From Candidatus Dojkabacteria bacterium (GTDB taxonomy: Bacteria > Patescibacteriota > Dojkabacteria > JAHIVN01): a stretch of DNA of 64,000 nt. Below, piece after piece: positions 56,499 through 64,000 of the stretch. Location: assembly GCA_016932045.1 (NCBI GenBank), contig JAFGDO010000012.1, positions 4,195 to 68,194 on the forward strand. The letters are read 5' to 3'. A model generated the notes under the pieces. That model ran no database searches and was not told the DNA's origin. It worked only from the letters and a program-made list of their open reading frames with translations. The number at the start of each line of letters is the position of its first letter. Position 1 is the first letter of the stretch. The position numbers and the translations under genes are program-made.

Positions 56499-59400
56499 TT
56501 ATCCACACTTTGAGTATCCGCAGCTCTGACACATCATGCAGCCTTCAGCGTATTGTAGATCTCCCCCACAATCAGGACACTCGGGAAGCATATCGTAATG
56601 ATTTTCTTTTACGTAATGTGAAGCATGATCATCTTCTGCCTTTGCGGTTTCTTTTGTTGGGGCGTCATGTGTATTAGAGGTTACTACTTTTGAGTCTGAA
56701 ACATGATTAGTCTGATTTTCAGAAATATCTTTTTCACTTTTTACTTCAAGCTTTTGATTTTCCTTAAACATGGAAATTTTTCCCTCGCGTTCTTTTTTGT
56801 AATTTTCTAATACTTTAGCAATAGCATCTGGAACTGAATATACAAACATGCCTTTATTTAATGTGGGTGCAGACGTTCGAATACCTTTCAGTTGATCAAT
56901 AATTGATTCAAGCGAAAGGCCTGCTCGCAGCGAAACAGAAACTAAACGACCGATAGCCTCACAATAACCAGATGAATAACCTCCGCTTTTGCCTATATTT
57001 AAGAATACTTCTGATATCCCTTTAGAATCTTCATTAATAGTTACATAAAGCGATCCTTGATCAGTTTTAACCTGTGTGGTTACTCCTCTTGTTGTTATAG
57101 GTCTTGGCCGTGGTTCTTCGAGTACTTTTTCCTCACCCGCTACTGTTTTAGTAAGACCAGCTTTTTGCGCCTCATCTTTACAGCCTTCTCTAAATATTGT
57201 AATTCCCTTACATCCTGATTCATAAGCTTGTTGATAAATTCTCTTCACGTTGTCCACGGTTGCACTCTTTTGTAGGTTGATAGTTTTTGAAACACCACTG
57301 TCACAATGTTTCTGAAACGCTGCTTGGATTAAAACATGTATACCCGGGTCAATCTCGTGACTGGTTTTGAAAATTTCAAGTACATCTTCTGGTATATTCT
57401 TATTTTCTGAGAGTTTTTTCCCTTCCGACAAGCTGTTCATCAGGTCATTTGAGTAAAAACCTCTCTGTCGAGCAACTCTTTCAAAAAGATTTTCAACTAC
57501 AGTTTGTTCTTCTCCTCCCAAAGAATTCATTCTCTTAAAAACAAGTGCAAATAAAGGTTCAATACCAGGATTACAGTTAGCTACTATTGAGATAGTTCCC
57601 GTTGGGGCAATAGTTGTGCATCGTGAATTGCGCATATTCTTTATACCTATCTTATCCCATACACTGCCTTTGAACTCGGGAAAATTGCCTCTTTTTTTTG
57701 CGAGATGTTGCGAGAATAGATGTGATTTGTCATTAAGAAAGTGCATAACCTTTTCAGCTATTATGATAGCATCCTTGCTTGAATACGAAACACCAAGCTT
57801 AATAAGCAGATCTGCAAATCCCATAAGACCCAAACCAATACTTCGAGTTGCTTTAGTAGCTCTTTCAATTTCCTTAATTGGATAGTTATTAATATCAATT
57901 ACATTGTCAAGAAATTCAATACCAACTTGTATTAAATATTCAAATTTTTCCCAATTGATATGTTTGAGCTTTTGACTAAGTTTACTCCTGAAAAAATCTG
58001 GTTTCTCAAGATAGGGAAAACCATCTACTATTTTACTTAGATTTATATTTCCCAGATTGCAGGATTCAAAGGGAAGAAGTGGTTGTTCTCCACAAGGGTT
58101 AGTTGCTTCTATTTCACCTAGATGTGGAGTAGGATTCCCTTTTTTGATGTGATCAAGAAATATAAGCCCCGGGTCTCCGCTTTGCCAAGCGTGCTTCGAG
58201 ATGAGATCAAACAATTCACGAGCTTTGACTTTTTCTTTTACAAGCTTGTCATGAGGGTCAATTAATTCCCATTTTCTGTCGTTTTTTACCGCTTGCATAA
58301 ATTCTTCTGTTATCCCTACTGAAATATTGTAGTGTGTAAGTTCACTATCATGATCCTTAGCTTTTATAAATTTTGTGATGTCAGGGTGATCAACATTTAA
58401 GATAGCCATTGAACCCATCTGTCTTCCGCCCCTTCCTATTACAGTATCTTGAGCTCTATTATAAACTTTGAGGTATTCGACTGGTCCTGCGGCATGTTCA
58501 CCTGTACTTTTAACCTTTGCATAGGTTGATCGAAGGTGTGAGAAGTTGAAACCAGTGCCGCCACCATGTCTTAGAACCTCAATATTGTCATTTAAAGTGT
58601 TAAAAATCCCTTTTATGGAGTCCTCGATAGGTAAAACAAAGCATTTGGACCAGATAGCATTCTTACCCTCATTTCCTGCCATTCCTGCCCAGATTAAAGC
58701 TCCTCCGCATTGGAATTCTAGGTTCTTCAAGGCATTAAAGAATTTTATCTTGCTTTCTTCGATTTCAGATTCAGTATAACCATAATTTTTAGCAGCCGAA
58801 GATATATACTCAGCTATTCGCATAAAGAGTTCTCTTGGTGTTTCTATAACCTTTTCTTCTGAGTTTTTTTTCAATGCACGCTTCTCAAGAACTTTGTAAG
58901 CATTCTTTGTAAGGTTTACTTCAATTGACTTCGCTTTGTATGTTGAAAGCTTTTCGAGTACTTTTTGTAAGGCTTTATATCTAGGATTAAAGCTCTTAAA
59001 GTCTTCTTCGCTGGGAGATTTAGTAAATATATTTAACCCTTCATGTACAAAGATATATTTGTATCTCTTTTGCCCTGTTTTTATGAGTTTACCGGGTATC
59101 TTGGTTATAGAAGAAATAGTATTTTGTGTTGATGGATCGTATATAGCTATAGCACAAGAAATATAGGCTTTTGATCCATCTTCTTTAGAGAATTTAAGGA
59201 TTTTTTTGTACAGTTTGGAAGAATATTCGTCTTGTAAACCAAAGTGCAGAATCTGATCATTTTTTCTTATAAATCTCGGTTTGTTATAGATAAAACCGAT
59301 AGCATCTACTATAACCATGCTACTTTTTTCACTGCCAATTTTCTTAGCAGCTAATTCCACCTCTTTGATTAATCCTCGTTGAGTAGTCTTATTCCTGATT

Positions 59401-61313
59401 GTCTCATTAAGCTTCACTTGGTCACTTATAGTGTCTAAAACATAAGACCCATTATACTGCTTAAAGAATTCCTTTATGTCACCTATTTTGTTTTCATCTT
59501 TTGAGGCTATATGGAGTTTTACCTGTTCCTTTGGTTTGACCTTTACATTTAAGTTGCTTTTTTGGGTACTGACATAGGTCTGGCTATCCTTGCAACCGTC
59601 TCGAAAAATAGTTATACCTTTTACTTTATTCCTATAAGCTTCAATAAAAACTCGTCGTACATCTTCTACTGATGCTTCATTTGAAAAATTAATGGTTTTT
59701 GAAATCGCATTATCAACGTGTTCCTGAAAAGCTGCCTGCATCTTTAAGTGCATCATTGGTTCTATCTCGTGTGCTGTTATAAAAATTCTTTTATATTTAT
59801 CGGGTACTTCTTGTATTTGCAGGATGGGTTTATTATTAGCCAGCTCTTCAAGGAGTTCTTCAGAATAAAATCCTTTTTGCTCAGCAATATATTTAAAGGC
59901 TTGGTTAACATTGAACATTATTTTGGTTGCACGGTAATTTTTGTCTTCAATACCTCCAATTTTGAAGGCTAGAGCATAAACAGGTTCAATCCCACCTGTT
60001 GAACCGCCGATGATACTTGTATTCCCGTTTGGTGCAATTGTTGTTATCGTAGCATTTCTTACTGGTAGTTTTTTCTCTTCCCATTTACTTCCTTTATAAG
60101 CAGGAAATGTACCTCTTTTTTTAGCCAGACTTATTGATGCTTTTATACCTTCTTTCCTGATGAAGCTCATTATCTTCTTAGCATATTCTATAGCAGCATC
60201 TGAGCTATATGAAATTCCTTTTAGTATAAGTACATCGGCAAATCCCATGAGCCCCATACCTATTTTCCTGTTTGTAAACCGAGTGGTCTTTTTTATCTCC
60301 TCAAGTGGATAATAATTTATGTCAATTATGTTATCAAGGAAATGAACAGCAGTTCGGATTGTTTCCTTGAGTTTTTTCCAATTTATATCTTTCCCTTTGA
60401 AATCAAAGTGAGTTCTTAGATTTAAAGCCCCAAGATTACATGATTCATAGGGCAGAAGTGGTTGTTCACCGCACGGATTCGTTGCATTAATTGTCCCAAT
60501 ACTCGGAGTGGGATTATCTTTCTCAAGATTATCAAGAAAAGCAACGCCAGGATCACCTGTTTTGTGAGCAAGTTCTATAATTTCATTAAAAATATATCTT
60601 GCATTAAGTTTTTTCACATTCCTTTTTGTCCTAGGGTTTATAAGGTCGTACTCTTCATCGTTCTGTAAGGCTTTCATAAATTTGTCAGTAATCCCAACAG
60701 AAATGTTGAAATTCATGATAGTTCTATCACGTTCTTTCAGGTGTATGAATTCCAATATATCAGGGTGATCTACATTCAGAATAGCTATATTTGCTCCTCC
60801 TCTTTTTCCTCCCTGTCTGATTCCCATCAAGGCTTCTGAAAATGTTTTTATAAAGTGGCAGGGTCCGGCAGCAACATCGGGTATTCCACCAGCTTGATCA
60901 CCTTTGGGCCTAATTGCAGAAAAATTAAATCCTGTACCGCCGCCCTTCCACTGAACCTGAACAGCATCGGAAAGCGTTTTATAGATACTATCAAGAGAAT
61001 CTTCTATTGGCAGTACAAAACAAGCAGATAAAGTTTTATTTTTTTTGCCTGCATTAAGAAGAGTAGGTGAATTAGGAATAAAAAGAAGATTATAAAGAAT
61101 ATCATAGAATTCCTTTTCAGTTTTTTTTAATTGAGTTTCACTTTTAGTATAAATAAGATCAGCGCTTGATACCCACTTTGCAACTCTTTCAAATAGATCA
61201 TGAGGTGTTTCAATAGGGTGACCCTCCTTATCAGTTTTTAAAAATCGACTTTCCAAAAGCTGAATAGAATTCTCTGTGTAACAGGCCGGCAGGTTATATT
61301 TACCGATTTTCAT
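56499..61313 (-). CDS. nrdJ: tandem fusion of two complete class II (adenosylcobalamin-type, NrdJ-like) ribonucleotide reductase catalytic cores, joined by a ~240-aa linker, with C-terminal Cys-rich redox tail (1604 aa)
   Basis: Core 1 spans aa 1 to about 580, core 2 aa about 821 to 1380. Each has the first redox Cys ([10 protein letters not shown], then [10 protein letters not shown]), the finger-loop [10 protein letters not shown] with thiyl Cys and Glu, and the second Cys (ESCNLG). The tail is ...CPDCGG...[13 protein letters not shown]. Confidence 0.85.
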   Translation of the reverse strand: MKIGKYNLPACYTENSIQLLESRFLKTDKEGHPIETPHDLFERVAKWVSSADLIYTKSETQLKKTEKEFYDILYNLLFIPNSPTLLNAGKKNKTLSACFVLPIEDSLDSIYKTLSDAVQVQWKGGGTGFNFSAIRPKGDQAGGIPDVAAGPCHFIKTFSEALMGIRQGGKRGGANIAILNVDHPDILEFIHLKERDRTIMNFNISVGITDKFMKALQNDEEYDLINPRTKRNVKKLNARYIFNEIIELAHKTGDPGVAFLDNLEKDNPTPSIGTINATNPCGEQPLLPYESCNLGALNLRTHFDFKGKDINWKKLKETIRTAVHFLDNIIDINYYPLEEIKKTTRFTNRKIGMGLMGFADVLILKGISYSSDAAIEYAKKIMSFIRKEGIKASISLAKKRGTFPAYKGSKWEEKKLPVRNATITTIAPNGNTSIIGGSTGGIEPVYALAFKIGGIEDKNYRATKIMFNVNQAFKYIAEQKGFYSEELLEELANNKPILQIQEVPDKYKRIFITAHEIEPMMHLKMQAAFQEHVDNAISKTINFSNEASVEDVRRVFIEAYRNKVKGITIFRDGCKDSQTYVSTQKSNLNVKVKPKEQVKLHIASKDENKIGDIKEFFKQYNGSYVLDTISDQVKLNETIRNKTTQRGLIKEVELAAKKIGSEKSSMVIVDAIGFIYNKPRFIRKNDQILHFGLQDEYSSKLYKKILKFSKEDGSKAYISCAIAIYDPSTQNTISSITKIPGKLIKTGQKRYKYIFVHEGLNIFTKSPSEEDFKSFNPRYKALQKVLEKLSTYKAKSIEVNLTKNAYKVLEKRALKKNSEEKVIETPRELFMRIAEYISSAAKNYGYTESEIEESKIKFFNALKNLEFQCGGALIWAGMAGNEGKNAIWSKCFVLPIEDSIKGIFNTLNDNIEVLRHGGGTGFNFSHLRSTYAKVKSTGEHAAGPVEYLKVYNRAQDTVIGRGGRQMGSMAILNVDHPDITKFIKAKDHDSELTHYNISVGITEEFMQAVKNDRKWELIDPHDKLVKEKVKARELFDLISKHAWQSGDPGLIFLDHIKKGNPTPHLGEIEATNPCGEQPLLPFESCNLGNINLSKIVDGFPYLEKPDFFRSKLSQKLKHINWEKFEYLIQVGIEFLDNVIDINNYPIKEIERATKATRSIGLGLMGFADLLIKLGVSYSSKDAIIIAEKVMHFLNDKSHLFSQHLAKKRGNFPEFKGSVWDKIGIKNMRNSRCTTIAPTGTISIVANCNPGIEPLFALVFKRMNSLGGEEQTVVENLFERVARQRGFYSNDLMNSLSEGKKLSENKNIPEDVLEIFKTSHEIDPGIHVLIQAAFQKHCDSGVSKTINLQKSATVDNVKRIYQQAYESGCKGITIFREGCKDEAQKAGLTKTVAGEEKVLEEPRPRPITTRGVTTQVKTDQGSLYVTINEDSKGISEVFLNIGKSGGYSSGYCEAIGRLVSVSLRAGLSLESIIDQLKGIRTSAPTLNKGMFVYSVPDAIAKVLENYKKEREGKISMFKENQKLEVKSEKDISENQTNHVSDSKVVTSNTHDAPTKETAKAEDDHASHYVKENHYDMLPECPDCGGDLQYAEGCMMCQSCGYSKCG

Positions 61314-61333
61314 TTTCGAGTGTTAGTAAGATA

Positions 61334-61401
61334 TGAAAAAATAAAGTTATCTTCTGCCCCATATGAAGTAATCTAAATTTTGATTACTTAAAAAGATAAC
61401 T
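61334..61401 (-). terminator. rho-independent terminator-like hairpin (10-bp outer plus 8-bp inner stem) with U-run, 20 nt upstream of the nrdJ fusion start
   Basis: AAGTTATCTT (61343-52) pairs with AAGATAACTT (61392-401); inner AAGTAATC pairs with GATTACTT. On the minus strand a TTTATTTTTT run follows, then the ATG at 61313. Confidence 0.4.
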
Positions 61402-61421
61402 TTTATATGTATACTTTTACT

Positions 61422-62039
61422 TTACATATCAAAATCATCAAAGCTATCTGTGTCTTCAAGATCAGGTATTTTATGATTCCTTAATATTCTTTCGAGTTTT
61501 TCATTTAATTCATTTAGCGAGCCGTCGTTTATTATCACCTCGTCGGAAAGTTTCTTGCATTCGTTTATGTTTGGAAGATATTCTTTGTCAGCTCCATCAG
61601 GAGAATGTTCAAAATCGTCCTTCTTCTTGAATTCTTCTTTGGACATTCCTGCACTTATCTCTTTTAAGAATGTTCTTCTGTATCTAGTTTCAAAAGGAGC
61701 ATCAACGAAAATTATTAAAGCATTATAATCTTCTTTTAATAGCTTAATGTCAGCTGGATGTCTGATAGGACATATCACATATCTTTCGTCTTTTTGTATT
61801 TGCTCTGAGGCCTTTTTTGCCAAAACGCCTAGGCCTTGTTTTTTTCGAAGATCTACAAGTATATCAAGCCAATTTTGTCTATTGCTCATATCTTCCTTTT
61901 GTTTGAGACCTTCATCAAGTATAGGCTGAGTATTTCTTATTGCTTTAAAACCTCGATCAACTAAAAAGTACTGAAGTGCTCCTTTACCCGAAGTCATTGT
62001 CCCAGTTATTCCGATTATAATGTTATTAAGCTTAACCAT
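61422..62039 (-). CDS. P-loop nucleoside/nucleotide kinase-like protein with acidic C-terminal tail (dephospho-CoA kinase / NRK / dNK-like fold), function unassigned
   Basis: Walker A GITGTMTSGKG at the N-terminus; 205 aa; C-terminus DLEDTDSFDDFDM; embedded between the RNR genes on the same strand. Confidence 0.55.
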   Translation of the reverse strand: MVKLNNIIIGITGTMTSGKGALQYFLVDRGFKAIRNTQPILDEGLKQKEDMSNRQNWLDILVDLRKKQGLGVLAKKASEQIQKDERYVICPIRHPADIKLLKEDYNALIIFVDAPFETRYRRTFLKEISAGMSKEEFKKKDDFEHSPDGADKEYLPNINECKKLSDEVIINDGSLNELNEKLERILRNHKIPDLEDTDSFDDFDM

Positions 62040-62081
62040 ATATATAGTATTTTAAGTTATATAATAAAATAATCAAGCCGA

Positions 62082-63815
62082 TTATTTTGATTGAATGTTT
62101 AATACTTGTTTATCTCTGCTTCTATTTCTATATATTGTAACACCTTTTAGTTTTAATTTATATGCAGAAAGATATATTTTCTCAATTTCCTTAATTGAAA
62201 TATCTTCAGCTACATTTATGGTTTTTGAAACAGCATTGTCAGTGAATTTTTGAAATGCCGCCTGCATTTTCAGATGCCACAAAGGCTCTATCTCATAAGC
62301 AGTTTTGAAGATTTTTTTCATGCCGTCAGGAATTCCTTTAATATTCTGAATGCTTCCAGATTTTAAAATCTTTTTCATGAGCTCCTTGCTAAATAGCCAC
62401 TCTTCCTTCAGTTTTTCTTCGAGAATTTTATTAACAATAATTAATTTTTTATTGCCAAGTGTTTCCATGTTTGAACGATTATAGGCTAACGCAAAAAATG
62501 GCTCTATACCGCCGTTACAATCGGCAAAAAGGGAGATAGTACCAGTCGGAGCAATAGTTGTAATTGTAGCATTTCTCATGTTTTTATAGCCAAGGCGTGA
62601 AAATATACTCTTCTTGAAGCTGCCAAAGTTCCCCTTTAGCTTTCCCTGCTTACTACTCTCATCTCTTGTTATTTTTTGGATAAATCCCATTAGTTCTTCG
62701 GCTATTTCGAGTGCTTTCTTGCTATCGTAAGGGATAGATAATTTTGCTAGCATATCAGCCCAACCCATTATCCCAAGACCAATTTTTCTGTTGCCCTTTT
62801 TAACAATTTTTTCAATTTGAGGGAAAACATAATAGGCAATGTCAATTGTATTATCTAGAAATCGGACGGCAAGTCTCAAAATCTTTTCTAATTTTTCCCA
62901 GTGGATATTATTCTTATTAACAAACTTAGTAAGGTTCACTGAACCCAAATTGCATGCTTCATAAGGAAGAAGAGGCTGTTCACCACACAGATTAGTCGCT
63001 GTTATTTCCAAAAGTTTTGGAAGCGTATTCTTTTTATTAATCTCGTCAATGAATATAACGCCGGGTTCGCCGCTTGCATGAGCACTTTTTGCAATACTTG
63101 CCATGAGGTTTCGTGCTGACACTTTCTTTGTGGTTTTTCCATCATTCGGGTGTTTCAGTAGGAAATCGTCACCTTTCTCGTATGCCTGCATAAATTTATC
63201 TGTGATAGCTACAGAAATATTAAAATTAGTTAGTTGTGACAAATCTTCTTTTACAGCGATAAATTTTTCAATATCAGGATGATCGATTCTTAAGATTCCC
63301 ATATGTCCAGCATGTCTTGCGCTTCCACGGTTCAGTATAATCTCTGATGAAAAGTCGAAAAGCTGCATAAATGAAATAGGACCTGAGGATTCTTTGCCTG
63401 TAGATTTAATGAGAGATCCTTCTGGCCTTAAAGGGGAAAAGTCATATCCTACTCCAGCACCTAGCCTATGGAGCTGGACAGATTCATACAGAGTCTTATA
63501 AATTGATTCCAAACTGTCTTCAAGCGGAAGAACATAACATGCAGCCATAAGCTTTCTTCTTCCTCTGTCTGAGAGTGCAAAACCTGATAGGAATTCGAAA
63601 TTGGCCATCATTTCATAGAAATCCTTTTCAAGCTGTAATGTATCTTTTCTAGAAGTTTTATACTTGGTCTCAGCTGAAGCAATGTGTTTCGCAATTCTTC
63701 TGAACATGACATCTATCGTCTCTCTGGGTTTCCCATTCTTATCCAGCATTAGATACCTATTTTTAGCAATAAGCTTCTGTTGCTCATTAATTTGTATTTT
63801 ATTTTCTAGTTTCAT
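62082..63815 (-). CDS. nrdJ: class II ribonucleotide reductase (NrdJ-like) third paralogue, lacking the C-terminal Cys-rich tail
   Basis: AACYVLPLEDS; finger loop [18 protein letters not shown]; GDPGVIF; TIAPTGTIS; ends KGVTIYRNRSRDKQVLNIQSK with no Cys. Confidence 0.85.
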   Translation of the reverse strand: MKLENKIQINEQQKLIAKNRYLMLDKNGKPRETIDVMFRRIAKHIASAETKYKTSRKDTLQLEKDFYEMMANFEFLSGFALSDRGRRKLMAACYVLPLEDSLESIYKTLYESVQLHRLGAGVGYDFSPLRPEGSLIKSTGKESSGPISFMQLFDFSSEIILNRGSARHAGHMGILRIDHPDIEKFIAVKEDLSQLTNFNISVAITDKFMQAYEKGDDFLLKHPNDGKTTKKVSARNLMASIAKSAHASGEPGVIFIDEINKKNTLPKLLEITATNLCGEQPLLPYEACNLGSVNLTKFVNKNNIHWEKLEKILRLAVRFLDNTIDIAYYVFPQIEKIVKKGNRKIGLGIMGWADMLAKLSIPYDSKKALEIAEELMGFIQKITRDESSKQGKLKGNFGSFKKSIFSRLGYKNMRNATITTIAPTGTISLFADCNGGIEPFFALAYNRSNMETLGNKKLIIVNKILEEKLKEEWLFSKELMKKILKSGSIQNIKGIPDGMKKIFKTAYEIEPLWHLKMQAAFQKFTDNAVSKTINVAEDISIKEIEKIYLSAYKLKLKGVTIYRNRSRDKQVLNIQSK

Positions 63816-64000
63816 AATAAAAGCGAGCTATATGTTCACTTGAATTATTTTATAAAGTACGGTTTTTTCATATCTGTTTTTCAAGATCTGAGGCAGAATC
63901 TCTTCCTCCCTGCCACTGCCCGCGATATGTGTTCTTGATTGAGCCCTTGACTTCCATAAAATAGACACTGCAATACCTTGCTCCCATCTCGATCTGAAAA

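Noticed and set aside
58854-59573. Intein inside the RNR fusion
   Set aside because: RNR genes often carry inteins. Here, however, both flanking RNR cores are complete and the linker lacks the Hint-domain blocks and the terminal HN motif followed by Cys, Ser or Thr. It is treated as a linker domain instead.
63881-64000. Cobalamin riboswitch (GCCACTG 'B12 box'-like string) or partial CDS at the right window edge
   Set aside because: The GCCACTG string is on the + strand, whereas the RNR genes are on the minus strand. The upstream GGGAA and GGTG riboswitch elements are absent. The minus strand has an open frame running off the window to a TGA at 63881-63883, so this is more likely the 3' end of a gene outside the window. 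Unresolved because the window is cut.
1-64000. CRISPR arrays, rRNA genes, tRNA genes, transposases/integrases
   Set aside because: No spacer-interleaved direct repeats, no rRNA-like conserved stretches, no cloverleaf-compatible GC-rich 75-nt segments with GTTC(G/A)A T-loops in the intergenic regions, and no DDE, tyrosine or serine recombinase motifs were seen by eye. A tRNAscan or Infernal run would be needed to be definitive for tRNAs.

Overview
The window is AT-rich, gene-dense bacterial chromosome. Its gene content looks like a Candidate Phyla Radiation (Patescibacteria)-type monoderm bacterium. Supporting genes: archaeal-type AspRS, an Elp3 homologue, FakA/FakB/PlsY with no fatty-acid synthesis genes, sortase plus an LPXTG substrate, and class II ribonucleotide reductases. 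TGA, TAA and TAG all act as stop codons, so there is no code-25 recoding. No rRNA genes, tRNA genes or CRISPR arrays were found.

Main coding features:
- A partial division and cell-wall cluster, mraZ-rsmH-ftsL-ftsI ... murA ... murE. It is interrupted by a methyltransferase-like gene, a sensor histidine kinase, a degenerate MurF-like fragment and a small sigma factor.
- cysK-cysS and aspS; tandem galU paralogues plus a CysQ/IMPase-like gene; mnmA; mfd; a TetR regulator with a textbook promoter and operator.
- A fakA-fakB-plsY exogenous fatty-acid module; cob(I)alamin adenosyltransferase; an Elp3 homologue.
- Surface proteins: a membrane-anchored S1 serine protease with a P/Q-rich tail, and a paralogue of it that appears catalytically dead. 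A three-member family of membrane-anchored proteins of unknown function. A sortase (2110..2772) and, about 50 kb away, an LPXTG-anchored protein with Myxococcus-type Cys-rich repeats.

The most unusual locus is 56499..63815 on the minus strand. Three complete class II (adenosylcobalamin-type) RNR catalytic cores are encoded in a row. Two of them are fused into one 1604-aa ORF through a roughly 240-aa linker of unknown function. Only the last core carries the Cys-rich C-terminal tail. A small P-loop kinase with an acidic tail lies between the third core and the fusion. A terminator-like hairpin sits 20 nt upstream of the fusion gene.

Non-coding signals:
- A dispersed GATAG/GATTG-rich intergenic repeat family, with two roughly 200-bp homologous copies.
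- A GC-rich structured element at 55056..55200 that could be a small RNA. A cluster of GC-rich hairpins at 23950..24025.
- Tandem GTTAAAC-centred palindromes and an RBS-occluding hairpin upstream of cysK.
- MraZ-box-like GGTGA direct repeats at 10-bp spacing upstream of mraZ.
- A glycosyltransferase-like gene interrupted by a single in-frame TAG.
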